DNA of 64,000 nucleotides from Ignavibacteriota bacterium (lineage in GTDB: Bacteria > Bacteroidota > Ignavibacteria > Tepidaquicellales > OLB5), in the NCBI GenBank assembly GCA_963742955.1, contig CAVUOA010000011.1:3-64002 (forward strand), in the 5' to 3' direction. The translations under genes were made by a program, and so were the position numbers. Positions 1 to 9,599 of this stretch are shown here, piece after piece. How positions within the stretch are numbered: the stretch's first letter is position 1; each line of letters starts with the position of its first letter. The notes beneath the pieces were generated by a model that saw only the letters and a program-made list of their open reading frames with translations, was not told the origin of the DNA and made no database searches.

Positions 1-1
1 A

Positions 2-247
2 ATCCCTCAGGGATGAAATTATTATAGATGAGTGTAGAAAGAAATATAACAAACCCTGAAAGGGTAATATTTTATAATGTCATCCCTTCGGGATTAAAAT
101 CCTTTTAATCTGTGAATCTGCGGCTGGAATGAATCACTTTGGGGAGTACATAAATCGGGGGTTTAAATATAATAAAATTAAATTATTCACTGGATTCCCG
201 CCTGCGCGGGAATAAACAGAATTCCATTTCAGACCATCCGGGGTGGT
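2..247. repeat. Cluster of four short GC-rich palindromic/hairpin motifs in AT-rich intergenic DNA
   Basis: Read directly: 2-14 ATCCCTCAGGGAT; 82-94 ATCCC-TTC-GGGAT; 195-212 TTCCCGC-CTGC-GCGGGAA; 233-247 ACCATCC-G-GGGTGGT. A closely related stem, ATCCCCGC-TTTC-GCGGGGAT, recurs at 26797-26816. Confidence 0.6.
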
Positions 248-455
248 TAATAACTACGGGCAAATGTAAGAGTTTCTGCATTAAATTACTTATTAAATAA
301 GTATTCATTTTATGTCTTCAAATGCTCAGTGTTTAAAAATTATACTTCAATTTCTTTAAAAGTATTATAAAATCAGCAAAAACAAGCTTCATTTTTTTGT
401 TTAAACCATTGATAAATAGCAAAATTATAACTATCTTTTCTGTTTCAGGGATGAA

Positions 456-1430
456 ATGCTCGAAAAGATACTCGATTTAATTAAAAAGAACGATAATTTT
501 GTTATTACAAGCCACGTTAACCCGGACGGAGATTCAATCGGAAGCGAATTAGCACTCTACCAATTCCTTCTAAAAAAGGGCAAAAAAGCAAGAATTATTA
601 ACTATTCCCAGACTCCCGGCAATTATTTGTTTCTTGATAACGGCAAAATCATTGAGAAATATGATGAAAACATGCACAAAAGTCCTATTATGGAGGCTGG
701 TGTAATATTTGTCCTTGATACAATGAGTATTTACGCTTAAGAACAATGGAACAGTCAATCAAAGAAAGTCCTGCAATAAAAGTATGTATTGACCACCATC
801 TTGGCCCAAGCAATGGTTTTGATTTTTACTTCTCCGATACAAATTCACCTTCTACCGGAGAAATTTTATACAAGCTTCTGACTTTAGATAATAAGGATAA
901 TATAAATCCTGAAACAGCAGTACCGTTATATACTGCTATCATGACAGATACCGGCTCATTCAGGTTTCCCAGAACGGATTCGGAAACCCATATGATAGGG
1001 CAAGCCTGATTGAAAACGGCGCAGACCCCGTTGAAATTTATTCTGAAGTATATGATAAAGCTCCTCTTGGAAGATTATTGCTGCTTTCAAGGTTCCTTGA
1101 TAACATGAAACTTGCATATGACGGTAAATTAATGTATTCTTATATTTACATTAAAGACCTGAAAGATACAAATTCAGATTTTTCGATACCGAAGGATTCA
1201 GCCATTACTTAATGAGCGTTGAAACGGTTCAGATTACTGTAATTTTCACTGAAGCTGAAAGAGGAATAAAAATCAGCTTCAGGTCAAAAGGCGATATTTA
1301 TGTCAATGAGCTGGCTAAGGAATTTGAAGGCGGCGGACACAAAAATGCTGCGGGCGCATTTATCGTAAAAGGCGATTTAACAAAGCTAACTGAAGAGATT
1401 ATAATAAAATCAAAAAAATATATAAAGTAA
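456..1430 (+). pseudogene. nrnA: DHH-family phosphoesterase NrnA (oligoribonuclease/pAp phosphatase), reading frame broken about 3 times as assembled
   Basis: DHH motifs TSHVNPDGDSIGS and CIDHH, MTDTGSFRF, and the DHHA1 motif GGGHKNAAGA. Pieces are 456-740, 746-1009, an unlisted frame at about 1007-1211 (LIENGADPVEIYSEVYDKAPLGRL...) and 1212-1430. Confidence 0.85.
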
Positions 1431-1450
1431 ATTAATTATTTGGAGAATAC

Positions 1451-2962
1451 ATGAAAGTTAAATTCGAGGTTAAGAAAATAAAAGACATTAAAGCCGATGC
1501 AGTGTCATCGGTTATTTTTGAAGATAACGTTGATACAAAGCTGCACTGGCTGAATACTTTATTTAAAGGAAGCCTTGACGTATTGATTGATTCAAAGGAT
1601 TTTAAAGGCACTGCTAATGAACCTGTAACTATTTATGTGAATAACGATTCCAGAACCAAAAGGTTATCACTTACCGGAGCAGGCAAATTAAAAGAAGTAA
1701 CACTTGAAAAGCTGAGAACAGCATACGCAGTAGCTGCAAAAGAGCTCAACAAATTAAAGCTTAAAACAGTCGGCTTCGAGCTGCCTGATTTGACTGCAAT
1801 TAAATCAGTCATAAATTTCAGCGTATCAGATATTATTCAGGCAATCAGCGAGGGGGTTTTCTTAACACAGTACAAATACAATAAATATATATCAGACGAT
1901 AAGTTTGTACCGTTCGATGAAGTGATATTTTTCACTGATTCTCCGAAATTTGTTAAAGAAATCGGTGATGCTATAAAAAATTCAAGAATCATATGTGACG
2001 GAACAATCCTTGCAAGAGACCTCGGAAACGAACCTTCAAACTTTCTTACACCGGCAAAATTTGCGGAGTTTGTGAAAAAATCGTCAGCTAAAGCAAATTA
2101 CAGCGTAACAATTTACGATGAGAAAAAAATCGAACAGCTAAACATGGGCGGTGTAATAGGAGTTTCACAGGGCAGCGATAATCCCCCGCGCTTTCTGATA
2201 CTGCAGTATTTCAGCAGCAATAAATCCGAAAAGCCGTATGTTTTGGTCGGTAAAGGAGTGACATTTGATTCGGGCGGAATTTCTCTTAAACCCGGTCCCG
2301 GAATGGAATCGATGAAAATGGATATGTGCGGTGCAGGAGCTGTCATAGGAGCATTTGAAGCAGTTTCAAGACTGCACTTAAAATTAAATTTAATCGGTCT
2401 TATTCCCGTTGTTGAAAACATGCCGAGCGGCAAAGCTATGAAACCCGGTGATATTATTGAGTCTTATTCAGGCATAACAATCGAAGTGCAAAACACCGAT
2501 GCTGAAGGCAGGCTAATCCTTGCCGATGCATTAGATTACGCTGCCAACTATAAGCCTAAAGCTGTAATAGATGCAGCCACATTAACAGGCGCTGCTGTGA
2601 TTACTTTCGGGCATAACGTTGCAGGTGTTATGGGAACAGACTCATCACTTATTAAGAAAATATTCGATGCGGGCGAAAAAACAAACGAAAGAGTTTGGGA
2701 ACTGCCCTTGTATGAAGAATACGAGAAGCTGATGAAAAGCGATGTTGCAGATATTAAAAATATCGGAGCTCCCAGGCAGGCTGGAACAATCATGGGCGGT
2801 ATCTTCCTTAAAAAGTTTGCTGCAGACAAATACCCGTGGGCGCATCTTGATATAGCGGGTACGGCAATGGTCGGTACCGAAATTTCAGAATATATGCCTA
2901 AAGATGCTACAGGTTTCGGTGTAAGATTGTTTGTCGAAACTCTGAAAGAACTGGCGCATTAA
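1451..2962 (+). CDS. pepA: Leucyl aminopeptidase (M17 family)
   Basis: Intact 503-aa ORF. M17 signature NTDAEGRLILADAL, plus VGKGVTFDSGGISLKP and MKMDMCGAGAV. Confidence 0.95.
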   Translation: MKVKFEVKKIKDIKADAVSSVIFEDNVDTKLHWLNTLFKGSLDVLIDSKDFKGTANEPVTIYVNNDSRTKRLSLTGAGKLKEVTLEKLRTAYAVAAKELNKLKLKTVGFELPDLTAIKSVINFSVSDIIQAISEGVFLTQYKYNKYISDDKFVPFDEVIFFTDSPKFVKEIGDAIKNSRIICDGTILARDLGNEPSNFLTPAKFAEFVKKSSAKANYSVTIYDEKKIEQLNMGGVIGVSQGSDNPPRFLILQYFSSNKSEKPYVLVGKGVTFDSGGISLKPGPGMESMKMDMCGAGAVIGAFEAVSRLHLKLNLIGLIPVVENMPSGKAMKPGDIIESYSGITIEVQNTDAEGRLILADALDYAANYKPKAVIDAATLTGAAVITFGHNVAGVMGTDSSLIKKIFDAGEKTNERVWELPLYEEYEKLMKSDVADIKNIGAPRQAGTIMGGIFLKKFAADKYPWAHLDIAGTAMVGTEISEYMPKDATGFGVRLFVETLKELAH

Positions 2963-3003
2963 TTAACTTCAGCACAGCTTTATAATAAGCATAAGAAGGG
3001 TTA

Positions 3004-4229
3004 ATTCTGAAACAGATTGAATCTCCTAAACAAATCCTGTGGGTCTTAACCCTCATAAACTTTTTTAACTACTTTGACCGCCAGGTCATCTTTCCTTTAT
3101 TTGCATTTCTAAAGGTCGATTTTACATTAAGCGATTTCGAGCTTGGACTGCTTGGCACTGTTTTCATGATTGTACATTCGGCAGCATCGGTTCCGCTCGG
3201 CATTTTGGCCGATAGATGGATAAGAAAAAGAATAATATCTTTCGGTGTTCTCGTCTGGTCAATAGCAACATTCCTTTCAGGTCTTGTTCAGAATTTTCAC
3301 CAGCTTCTTGCAGCCAGAAGTATTGTCGGAATCGGTGAAGCTGCATACGGGCCATCAGCAACTTCACTTCTTGCAGATAAATTTCCCGAAGAAAAGCGCG
3401 CGCAGGTTAATTCGACCTTTCATTTAGGTATGTTTGCCGGCGGAACGCTTGGAATGATTCTTGCAGGAGTTATAGGAACCTATCTCGGATGGAGGATTTG
3501 TTTTTTTATCGTTGGCGTGCCGGGTTTTATACTTGCGCTGTTCAGCCTCAGGATTTCCGAACCGAAACAGCCGCACCATTTTAAGGTGCATCTCGAAAGG
3601 AGCTCGATTAAATCAATATTTAAATCTGCTCCATATGTAGTATGCTTGCCGGAGGCGTGCTGTTAACATTTACTTCCGGTTCTATAATAAGCTGGATCAC
3701 GGTTTTCATAGTGCGTTATCATCACCTTACTGTAGCCGATGCATCAATATACATCGGTTCAATTGTGCTTGTAGCAGGGCTTGGAGGGATAATAACAGGA
3801 GGACATCTTGCAGATAAATTTTATTCAAAGGGCAAAGCCCGCTCATTTATAATCTCTATCGGATTTCTTGCTGCAACTCCCCTTTTGCTGATTATAGTTA
3901 ATACATCTTCGACGGTCATACTGCTTATTTCAATGTTTGCAGCAACGTTTTTTATGGCGTGGTATTACGGTCCTGTAGTGGCGCTTATTCAGGATATCGT
4001 ACCCTCTGACCTGAAGGCTACTGCCTATGCATTTTACTTATTTTTCATACATTTGTTCGGTGATACTATTTCACCTTCTGTTATGGGTAAAATATCTGAT
4101 ATCAGCAGTTTAAGAACAGCTTTTTATATCCCGATTGCAACTAATTTTTTGGGGGCATTGTTGTTTTTGTTGACAACAAAATTATTGAAAAACCATATTA
4201 GAAAGCCCCAAACGGAATTTCAAAACTAA
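3004..4229 (+). CDS. MFS transporter (one frameshift near 3645 as assembled)
   Basis: ORFs 3166-3666 and 3642-4229 are in different frames. The frame of the first is open back to about 2995 (LTLINFFNYFDRQVIFPLF...). MFS-like GILADRWIRKR loop and a 12-TM-type hydrophobic pattern. The start codon is uncertain. Confidence 0.8.
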
Positions 4230-4344
4230 TTGGCTGTTTTTTACGGAAAAATCTTCTTAACCTCGCTCTATTGTTTTTGCAAATTATGCCTGAAGTGAAA
4301 CAAAATTGACTTAAAACAACTATACATTATATCGGAACAAGGAC

Positions 4345-5778
4345 TTGGATAATAAAGATATAACGGAAAACGAAAATAATAATAAATCGGTAAAAAAACT
4401 CCGCTGTATAAACATTGATTGTGTTTTTAACAGCACCAACCAGCCCGACTCTGAACGAAATCTTTGCGGCCACCCGAACCTTAAGGTGGAAAGCAAATAT
4501 GCCGATATTACTATTGCTATTTGTTCCGAATTCCGCTCGAAGAAAGATTACAAGCTTGAGGACAGCACTACTTTAGTTGATTTAAAATCAAACGAAAAAA
4601 TTACTATCTCCGGTACGCCAGACCCGTCATTTACTCACATTGAAAAAATCACACAGGAAGACCTTGAGCAAAGCGTAGCAAAACCCAAATCCAGATCCAA
4701 ATCTAAATCTAAAAAGGAAGATATAAAGCCTGACGAAAAAGAAATTTCAAAGCCGGCTGAAACAGTTTATGAAACTCCAACCATTATCAAAGCCGATGAA
4801 TCGAAAACCGAAGAACAGGAAGAATACAAGCTAACTACATCAAAGAATACAAATTTTTTAATATTAAGAAAACTTTATCAGCCATATCTCAGAAGAGGCA
4901 TAATATTTTCAATCATCTTCCACTTGTTTGCTATATGGGTGCTTTACCTGAGCCTTGTTCCCAAAGGTGAAAAAAATGATATACCCTCCCAGCAGAGAAT
5001 TGTTGTAGTTGAAGATATAGAGACTCCAAAGTTTAACCCGCCGGACCTTGACAAACCTAAAGAAGAACCGTCAACTGATGTTGGCGATAATACTAAAGAT
5101 GTAAGGCCTAAGATAATACCCAAAAATATTAAGCCGAAAATTAAGAGACCGGTTGATGAAGTAAAAGATACTACCGAACTGGTAAATAATACTGTGAGCG
5201 ATTCGCTGAAGCATGTTACCGATTCGCTGCTGACAGCAAACCTTGATACAACAAAACTTGTAATTCCCGATTCGTTGAAGAACTTTATGCCCGAAAACGC
5301 AATTGGGATGAAGCTTTGGTATCCCAATAACTGGAAGCTGACTGACAACCGAAGCGTTAACCTGAATCTTGAACAGTTTAAGGGAGTAATAATAAATACA
5401 GATTCACTCAGCGAAGACCCCGGCGCAGTTTCTATCTTTGTGCAGATTGACGACCCAAAACACAGCGCTTATAATAAAACGGTATTCAAAAACACATTCG
5501 AGATGGACGATTCACTTACCACGGCTTTTTCAACTGACCCGGTGCTGACAGGCTCACAGAGAATAAGCTATAAATTTTTCCTGTTTACAGACCCCACCGG
5601 AGCCAGCAATGTTTTTGTAAACTCGGAAACCAAGAAAGACATGTTCGATAAATACAAGAAGTATATCGAAGCCATTGTCCGCTCTATACAAATCATAAAA
5701 AATCCCAAAGCTCCAGGTGACGATAAACCAAAAGATAAAACCTTAGACGGCACTACTGACGGTACAATAGATAAATAA
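4345..5778 (+). CDS. Hypothetical single-pass membrane protein: N-terminal 4-Cys domain (DUF1540-like), K/E-rich linker, TM helix, P/K-rich spacer, C-terminal globular domain
   Basis: Intact 477-aa ORF with a TTG start. Cys pattern RCINIDCVFN..(15)..C..(18)..CSEF. TM segment IIFSIIFHLFAIWVLYL. PKFNPPDLDKPKEEP...KIIPKNIKPKIKRP spacer. Confidence 0.6.
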   Translation: MDNKDITENENNNKSVKKLRCINIDCVFNSTNQPDSERNLCGHPNLKVESKYADITIAICSEFRSKKDYKLEDSTTLVDLKSNEKITISGTPDPSFTHIEKITQEDLEQSVAKPKSRSKSKSKKEDIKPDEKEISKPAETVYETPTIIKADESKTEEQEEYKLTTSKNTNFLILRKLYQPYLRRGIIFSIIFHLFAIWVLYLSLVPKGEKNDIPSQQRIVVVEDIETPKFNPPDLDKPKEEPSTDVGDNTKDVRPKIIPKNIKPKIKRPVDEVKDTTELVNNTVSDSLKHVTDSLLTANLDTTKLVIPDSLKNFMPENAIGMKLWYPNNWKLTDNRSVNLNLEQFKGVIINTDSLSEDPGAVSIFVQIDDPKHSAYNKTVFKNTFEMDDSLTTAFSTDPVLTGSQRISYKFFLFTDPTGASNVFVNSETKKDMFDKYKKYIEAIVRSIQIIKNPKAPGDDKPKDKTLDGTTDGTIDK

Positions 5779-5814
5779 CTTATCCCATTTTTATAATATT
5801 TTCGTATTAACCAT

Positions 5815-6830
5815 TTGAATATTGTTCAATCAAATATTAAAAAACTGATTGAAGAAAAAGCATTAGAGCTTGGCTTCGTAAAAATCGGCTTTGCCAAAGC
5901 TGATATGCTCAATGATGAATCTGCTGAACTTAAACAGTGGCTTGATTCAGGTTATGATGCAGATATGGGATGGATAAAGAAAGGATTTGATAAAAGAAAA
6001 GATATTCGACTCGTTTTGGAAAATGCAAAGAGTGTAATTTCTCTTGCATACAACTACTACACACCGTTTAAACATGACGAAAAGCTTCCGAAAATCTCCC
6101 GATACGCCTGGGGAAAGGATTACCATAAAATATTGAAGAAAAAGCTGAAAGAGCTGTGTGAGTATATTGAAGAAATTAACAGTCTCCCCCTTGCTAAGGG
6201 GAAGTGTCCGAAGGACGTAGGGGTCAAAACAAGATATTACGTCGATGACGGTCCCGTTATGGATAAAGCGTGGGCAGTACGTTCAGGTATAGGCTGGATG
6301 GGAAAACATACCAATGTAATTAATCCCGATTACGGCTCATGGATTTTTCTTTCGGAAATTATTACTTCTCTTGAGTTTGAAACATATGATTCACCCATCG
6401 AAGACCTCTGCGGCTCATGCAGAATCTGTATCGATGCCTGTCCAACCGGAGCAATTGTTGACGAATATCTGTTAGATGCAAACCTCTGCATATCATACCA
6501 AACAATCGAGAACAAAGGCGAAATTCCCGGTTACATAAATCTTGACGGCTGGGTTTTCGGATGTGATGTGTGCCAGGATGTGTGCCCCTTTAATAAAAAT
6601 GATAGGGTAACGGAGGATAAGGATTTTTACCCAGCCCCCCTGTTCTCCCCAAAGGGGAGAAAGATTTTGAGTCCCCCTTTGAAAAGGGAGAAGCGCAAGT
6701 GCAGGGGGATTCCCTACCAAAGCAGAACTGGAAGAAATTACAGAAGAAGAATTTAACAAAATATTTGCGGATTCTCCCGTAAAACGGACGAAAATATAAA
6801 GGATGGAAGAGGAATTTGGAAAAATGTTGA
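5815..6830 (+). CDS. queG: Epoxyqueuosine reductase QueG, carrying two GC-rich repeat insertions and frame changes near 6716 and 6792
   Basis: GIGWMGKHTNVINPDYGSWIFLSEI. Ferredoxin motifs CGSCRICIDACPTGAI and CDVCQDVCPFN. The C-terminal QueG tail (AELEEITEEEFNKIFADSPVKRTK, then KGWKRNLEKC*) continues in other frames after the listed ORF end at 6756. Confidence 0.9.
6183..6224. repeat. GC-rich hairpin repeat unit inside queG (in frame)
   Basis: TCTCCCCCTTGCTAAGGGGAAGTGTCCGAAGGACGTAGGGGT. Stems are CCCCTT-GCT-AAGGGG and GTCC-GAA-GGAC. Shares a core with 7941-7971. Confidence 0.6.
6631..6716. repeat. GC-rich composite hairpin repeat inside the queG 3' region
   Basis: TCTCCCC-AAA-GGGGAGA (6644-6660), GTCCCCCTTTGAAAAGGGA (6671-6689) and CAGGGGGATTCCC (6702-6714). 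The queG frame changes immediately after it. Confidence 0.55.
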
Positions 6831-6875
6831 ATCCGATCATAAATATTAACAAATTTGTAATTCAGGTATGAATTA

Positions 6876-7858
6876 ATGCATGAACCCTCTTATATAAGAT
6901 TATTTAAATCAGGAGAGCTGAAACACCGGTGCCGAAAAAGCATTGGAGATACTGCATTCATGCAATTGCTGTCCCCATGACTGCCGTGTGGATAGAACCT
7001 CGGGCGAGCTTGGCACCTGTGCAAGCGGCGCGCTGCCGGTTGTTTCATCATACACTCCTCATTTCGGAGAAGAACCTGTGCTCACAGGTACACGCGGTGC
7101 AGGAAATAATTTCTTCGGGAACTGCAACCTGAAATGCGTCTTCTGCCAGAATTACGAAATCAGCCAGAGCTATCATACGGAAAAAAATAATATTGTATCA
7201 TACGAACGCCTTGCTGAAATAATGCTTGAGCTTCAGGATAAAGGATGCCATAATATAGGACTTGTCTCCCCTACTCGATTTTACCGGAGCAATTTCTGCA
7301 ATTTATATAGCCGCAACAAAAAGGATTAAGGCTGCCTATAATTTATAATACGAACGGGTATGATTCGGTGGATATGCTGAAATTATTTGACGGTATAATA
7401 GATATTTACCTGCCTGATTTTAAATACGGCAATGACGAGTTTGCTAAAACATATTCTAAGATTGATAATTATTTTGAAAATGCGCAAGCTGCATTAAAAG
7501 AAATGCACCGTCAGGTTGGTGACAATTGATTTACGAAGATGATGTTGTTGTACTCGCGGTATGATAATCCGCCACCTTGTTTTACCGAATGATTTAGCTG
7601 ATTCAGAACCTGTGTTTAAATTTATCTCGGAAGAACTAGCCCGCATTTCATATATCGCTTATGTCACAATATAATCCCGTTCACAAAGCTCATAGGGATA
7701 TTCTTATTGACCGCCACATAAGGGAAAGCGAATATGAGAGAGCTATTGCATTAATGGAAAGATACGGTTTGGTTAACGGATGGATTCAGGAAATGGAAAG
7801 CTGCATTAACTACACACCGGAATTTAACAGGGATAGAGAAAACCCGTTTGGGAATTAA
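6876..7858 (+). pseudogene. Radical SAM protein, PflX-like (pyruvate formate-lyase activase homologue), at least 3 frame breaks
   Basis: N-terminus MHEPSYIRLFKSGELK (ATG 6876), then CNCCPHDCRVDRTSGELGTC...HFGEEPVLTG..GAGNNFFGNCNLKCVFCQNYEISQ (a CxxxCxxC-type cluster motif). C-terminal piece is 7661-7858. The middle part (about 7330-7660) is readable only in shifted frames. Confidence 0.75.
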
Positions 7859-7870
7859 ACTGGTAATGAA

Positions 7871-7975
7871 CTCACCCCTCTACAAGGTCGTAGACCGTCA
7901 CTCAGTGCCACCCTCCAGTGGAGGGGAATTAAAAACTTTAAGTCCCCTCTTGAGAGGGGATTTAGGGGTGTGTTA
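7871..7975. repeat. Composite GC-rich triple-hairpin element (intergenic)
   Basis: GGTC-GTA-GACC (7886-7896), CCCTCC-AGT-GGAGGG (7911-7925), TCCCCTCT-TG-AGAGGGGA (7943-7960), followed by TTTAGGGGTGTG. Confidence 0.6.
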
Positions 7976-8037
7976 AATTTAACAAAATCTTCTTCAGCTC
8001 GCCCCAATCGTTAGCAATATAATCCGCTTCAGTAAAG

Positions 8038-8693
8038 TTAATTTCCCGTTTGGTCGGCGCCTTTAAAAATAACCGCTGACATGCCTGCGTTCTTAGCGCC
8101 TTTGATATCGGTATCTTCATTATCACCTACATGAACCACCTCATCTGCCTTAACACCGAACTGCTTCAATGTCGATTTAAATGCATCACCGTGGGGTTTT
8201 GAACGCCCAATTTCATCGCTGTATGTAAATGCTGTGAAGTATTTCAGCAGTTCATCGTGTTTAAGCAGCTTCCTTAGAGTTTTGCCGGATGTGTAAGCTG
8301 TATCGGAAGTAATTCCCAGCTTAAAATGTTTTGCCAGCTCAGGGATTGTTTCCTTCACACCCTCAAACAGCACCGGAGGATGTTCGAGCAGTATTTCCTG
8401 AAAATAATTTGATACATCAGCAATTTCTTCTTCCGGCAGTGTAACGCCAAGCCAGTCACACCCTGCAAGCAGCAGTTCCCGCGAGTTCAATGTGCGGTAT
8501 TCGTTTTTCCATATTTTGTCAAAATGTTCCCAGCAGTACTTAAATGAGCCTTCTATATCAAGCCCGTCATCATAACCGTGGCGCAGCAGAGCTTCACGCA
8601 TGTATTTAACGCGCATATCATGCCTTTGGTACATTATCTGGTGGTCGTAATACAGCGATTCCAGAAATCGAATGAGATAGCTTTAATAGACAT
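8038..8693 (-). CDS. HAD-superfamily hydrolase (subfamily IA-like), one frameshift near the N-terminus
   Basis: ORF 8038-8634 carries HVGDNEDTDIKGAKNAGM. The upstream piece MSIKAISFDFWN (start 8693) carries the DxD-type nucleophile motif in another frame. Confidence 0.8.
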
Positions 8694-8741
8694 AAGACAA
8701 GATAAAAAAAAATGAGGACTGAAGTGAGGGAAAAAATTTAC

Positions 8742-8777
8742 AGACCTGTCAGAGTTTTTACAATCCTGACAGGTCTA
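8742..8777 (-). terminator. Probable rho-independent terminator after the RibD_C-like gene
   Basis: Minus-strand stem AGACCTGTCAGG...CTGACAGGTCT, followed by GTAAATTTTTT. Confidence 0.5.
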
Positions 8778-8786
8778 TAAATCAAA

Positions 8787-9343
8787 TTAAATAGCAGGCT
8801 GATAATACAATAAAACATTTCCCGACTTAAAAACTTTTGTATCTTTCAGCTTCAGGTGCAGCCTGTCCGTAATTGAATCAAACATTTGTTTACCCTTGCC
8901 AAGCACAACGGGTTAATCATAATTCTGAACTCATCAATTAACCTGTCAGGTATCAGAGTCAGTGCCAGTCCGAAGCTTCCGAAAATTGCAATGTCCTTAC
9001 CGGGCTGATTTTTGAGCTTAGCAACTTCCTCCGGCGCTTTATCCTTTATCAGTGTTGTGTTGTTCCATTGAGCTTTAAGCATCGTCTTTGAAAAAACAAT
9101 CTTCTGAATACTGTTCATCCTGTTAGCTACTTCGGGGTCATCTTTAATTGCCTCTTCGCCCGGCCAGTATGATGCCATCAGCTCATAAGTAATTCGTCCG
9201 AAAAGAATCATGTCAATTGAATCAAGCTGCTGAATTGCAAATTCGTTAAATTCGGCATCAACGTTATGCCAATCGAGCTCCTTATTGGGACCTTCAAAGA
9301 ATCCGTCAAGCGAAATTAAGTTAAATAAAAATAGTTTTCTCAT
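8787..9343 (-). CDS. Dihydrofolate reductase-like protein (RibD C-terminal domain family), one frameshift near 8905
   Basis: MRKLFLFNLISLDGFFEGPNKELDWH...ILFGRITYE...IAIFGSFGL. The C-terminus continues in a shifted frame (VVLGKGKQMFDSITDRLHLKLKDTKVFKSGNVLLYYQPAI*). Confidence 0.8.
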
Positions 9344-9377
9344 ATTCTTGTATTTTACAGTTAATATAAAAAATAAT

Positions 9378-9587
9378 TTACTCTAATGCTTTACAGAGGA
9401 ATCCTTTGGAAGATATTATTTCTGCTGCTTCCGAGAAAATATCTCTATCACTTTCAACACGCAGAATCTTATCACAGTCATCGAGGTCAAAGTTAACTAT
9501 ACTTCCCGGAAATATTTTCTTTAGCTCTGCTTCAAGCTTCTCGGCTGTTTCTCTGTACTCGACATTTGTTTTATATACTTCAACCAT
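9378..9587 (-). CDS. Small hypothetical protein (69 aa)
   Basis: Intact ORF, co-oriented and tightly packed between the two RibD_C-like paralogues. I recognise no motif. Confidence 0.5.
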   Translation of the reverse strand: MVEVYKTNVEYRETAEKLEAELKKIFPGSIVNFDLDDCDKILRVESDRDIFSEAAEIISSKGFLCKALE

Positions 9588-9599
9588 AAAACAATAATA

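Noticed and set aside
1-250. Possible CRISPR array or degenerate array at the window start, based on repeated short palindromes.
   Set aside because: The four palindromes differ in sequence and length (13-18 nt) and their spacing is irregular. There are no identical direct repeats and no cas genes in the window.
2113-2829. Antisense ORFs of 60-130 aa inside well-supported genes. Examples are 2113-2433 and 2548-2829 in pepA, 4944-5348, 23954-24331 in the ABC-F gene, 25565-25966 opposite the Rieske gene, 52231-52701 opposite the homocysteine methyltransferase gene, and 57193-57585.
   Set aside because: These are shadow ORFs on the opposite strand of genes with clear family motifs. Their translations are low-complexity with no recognisable motifs.
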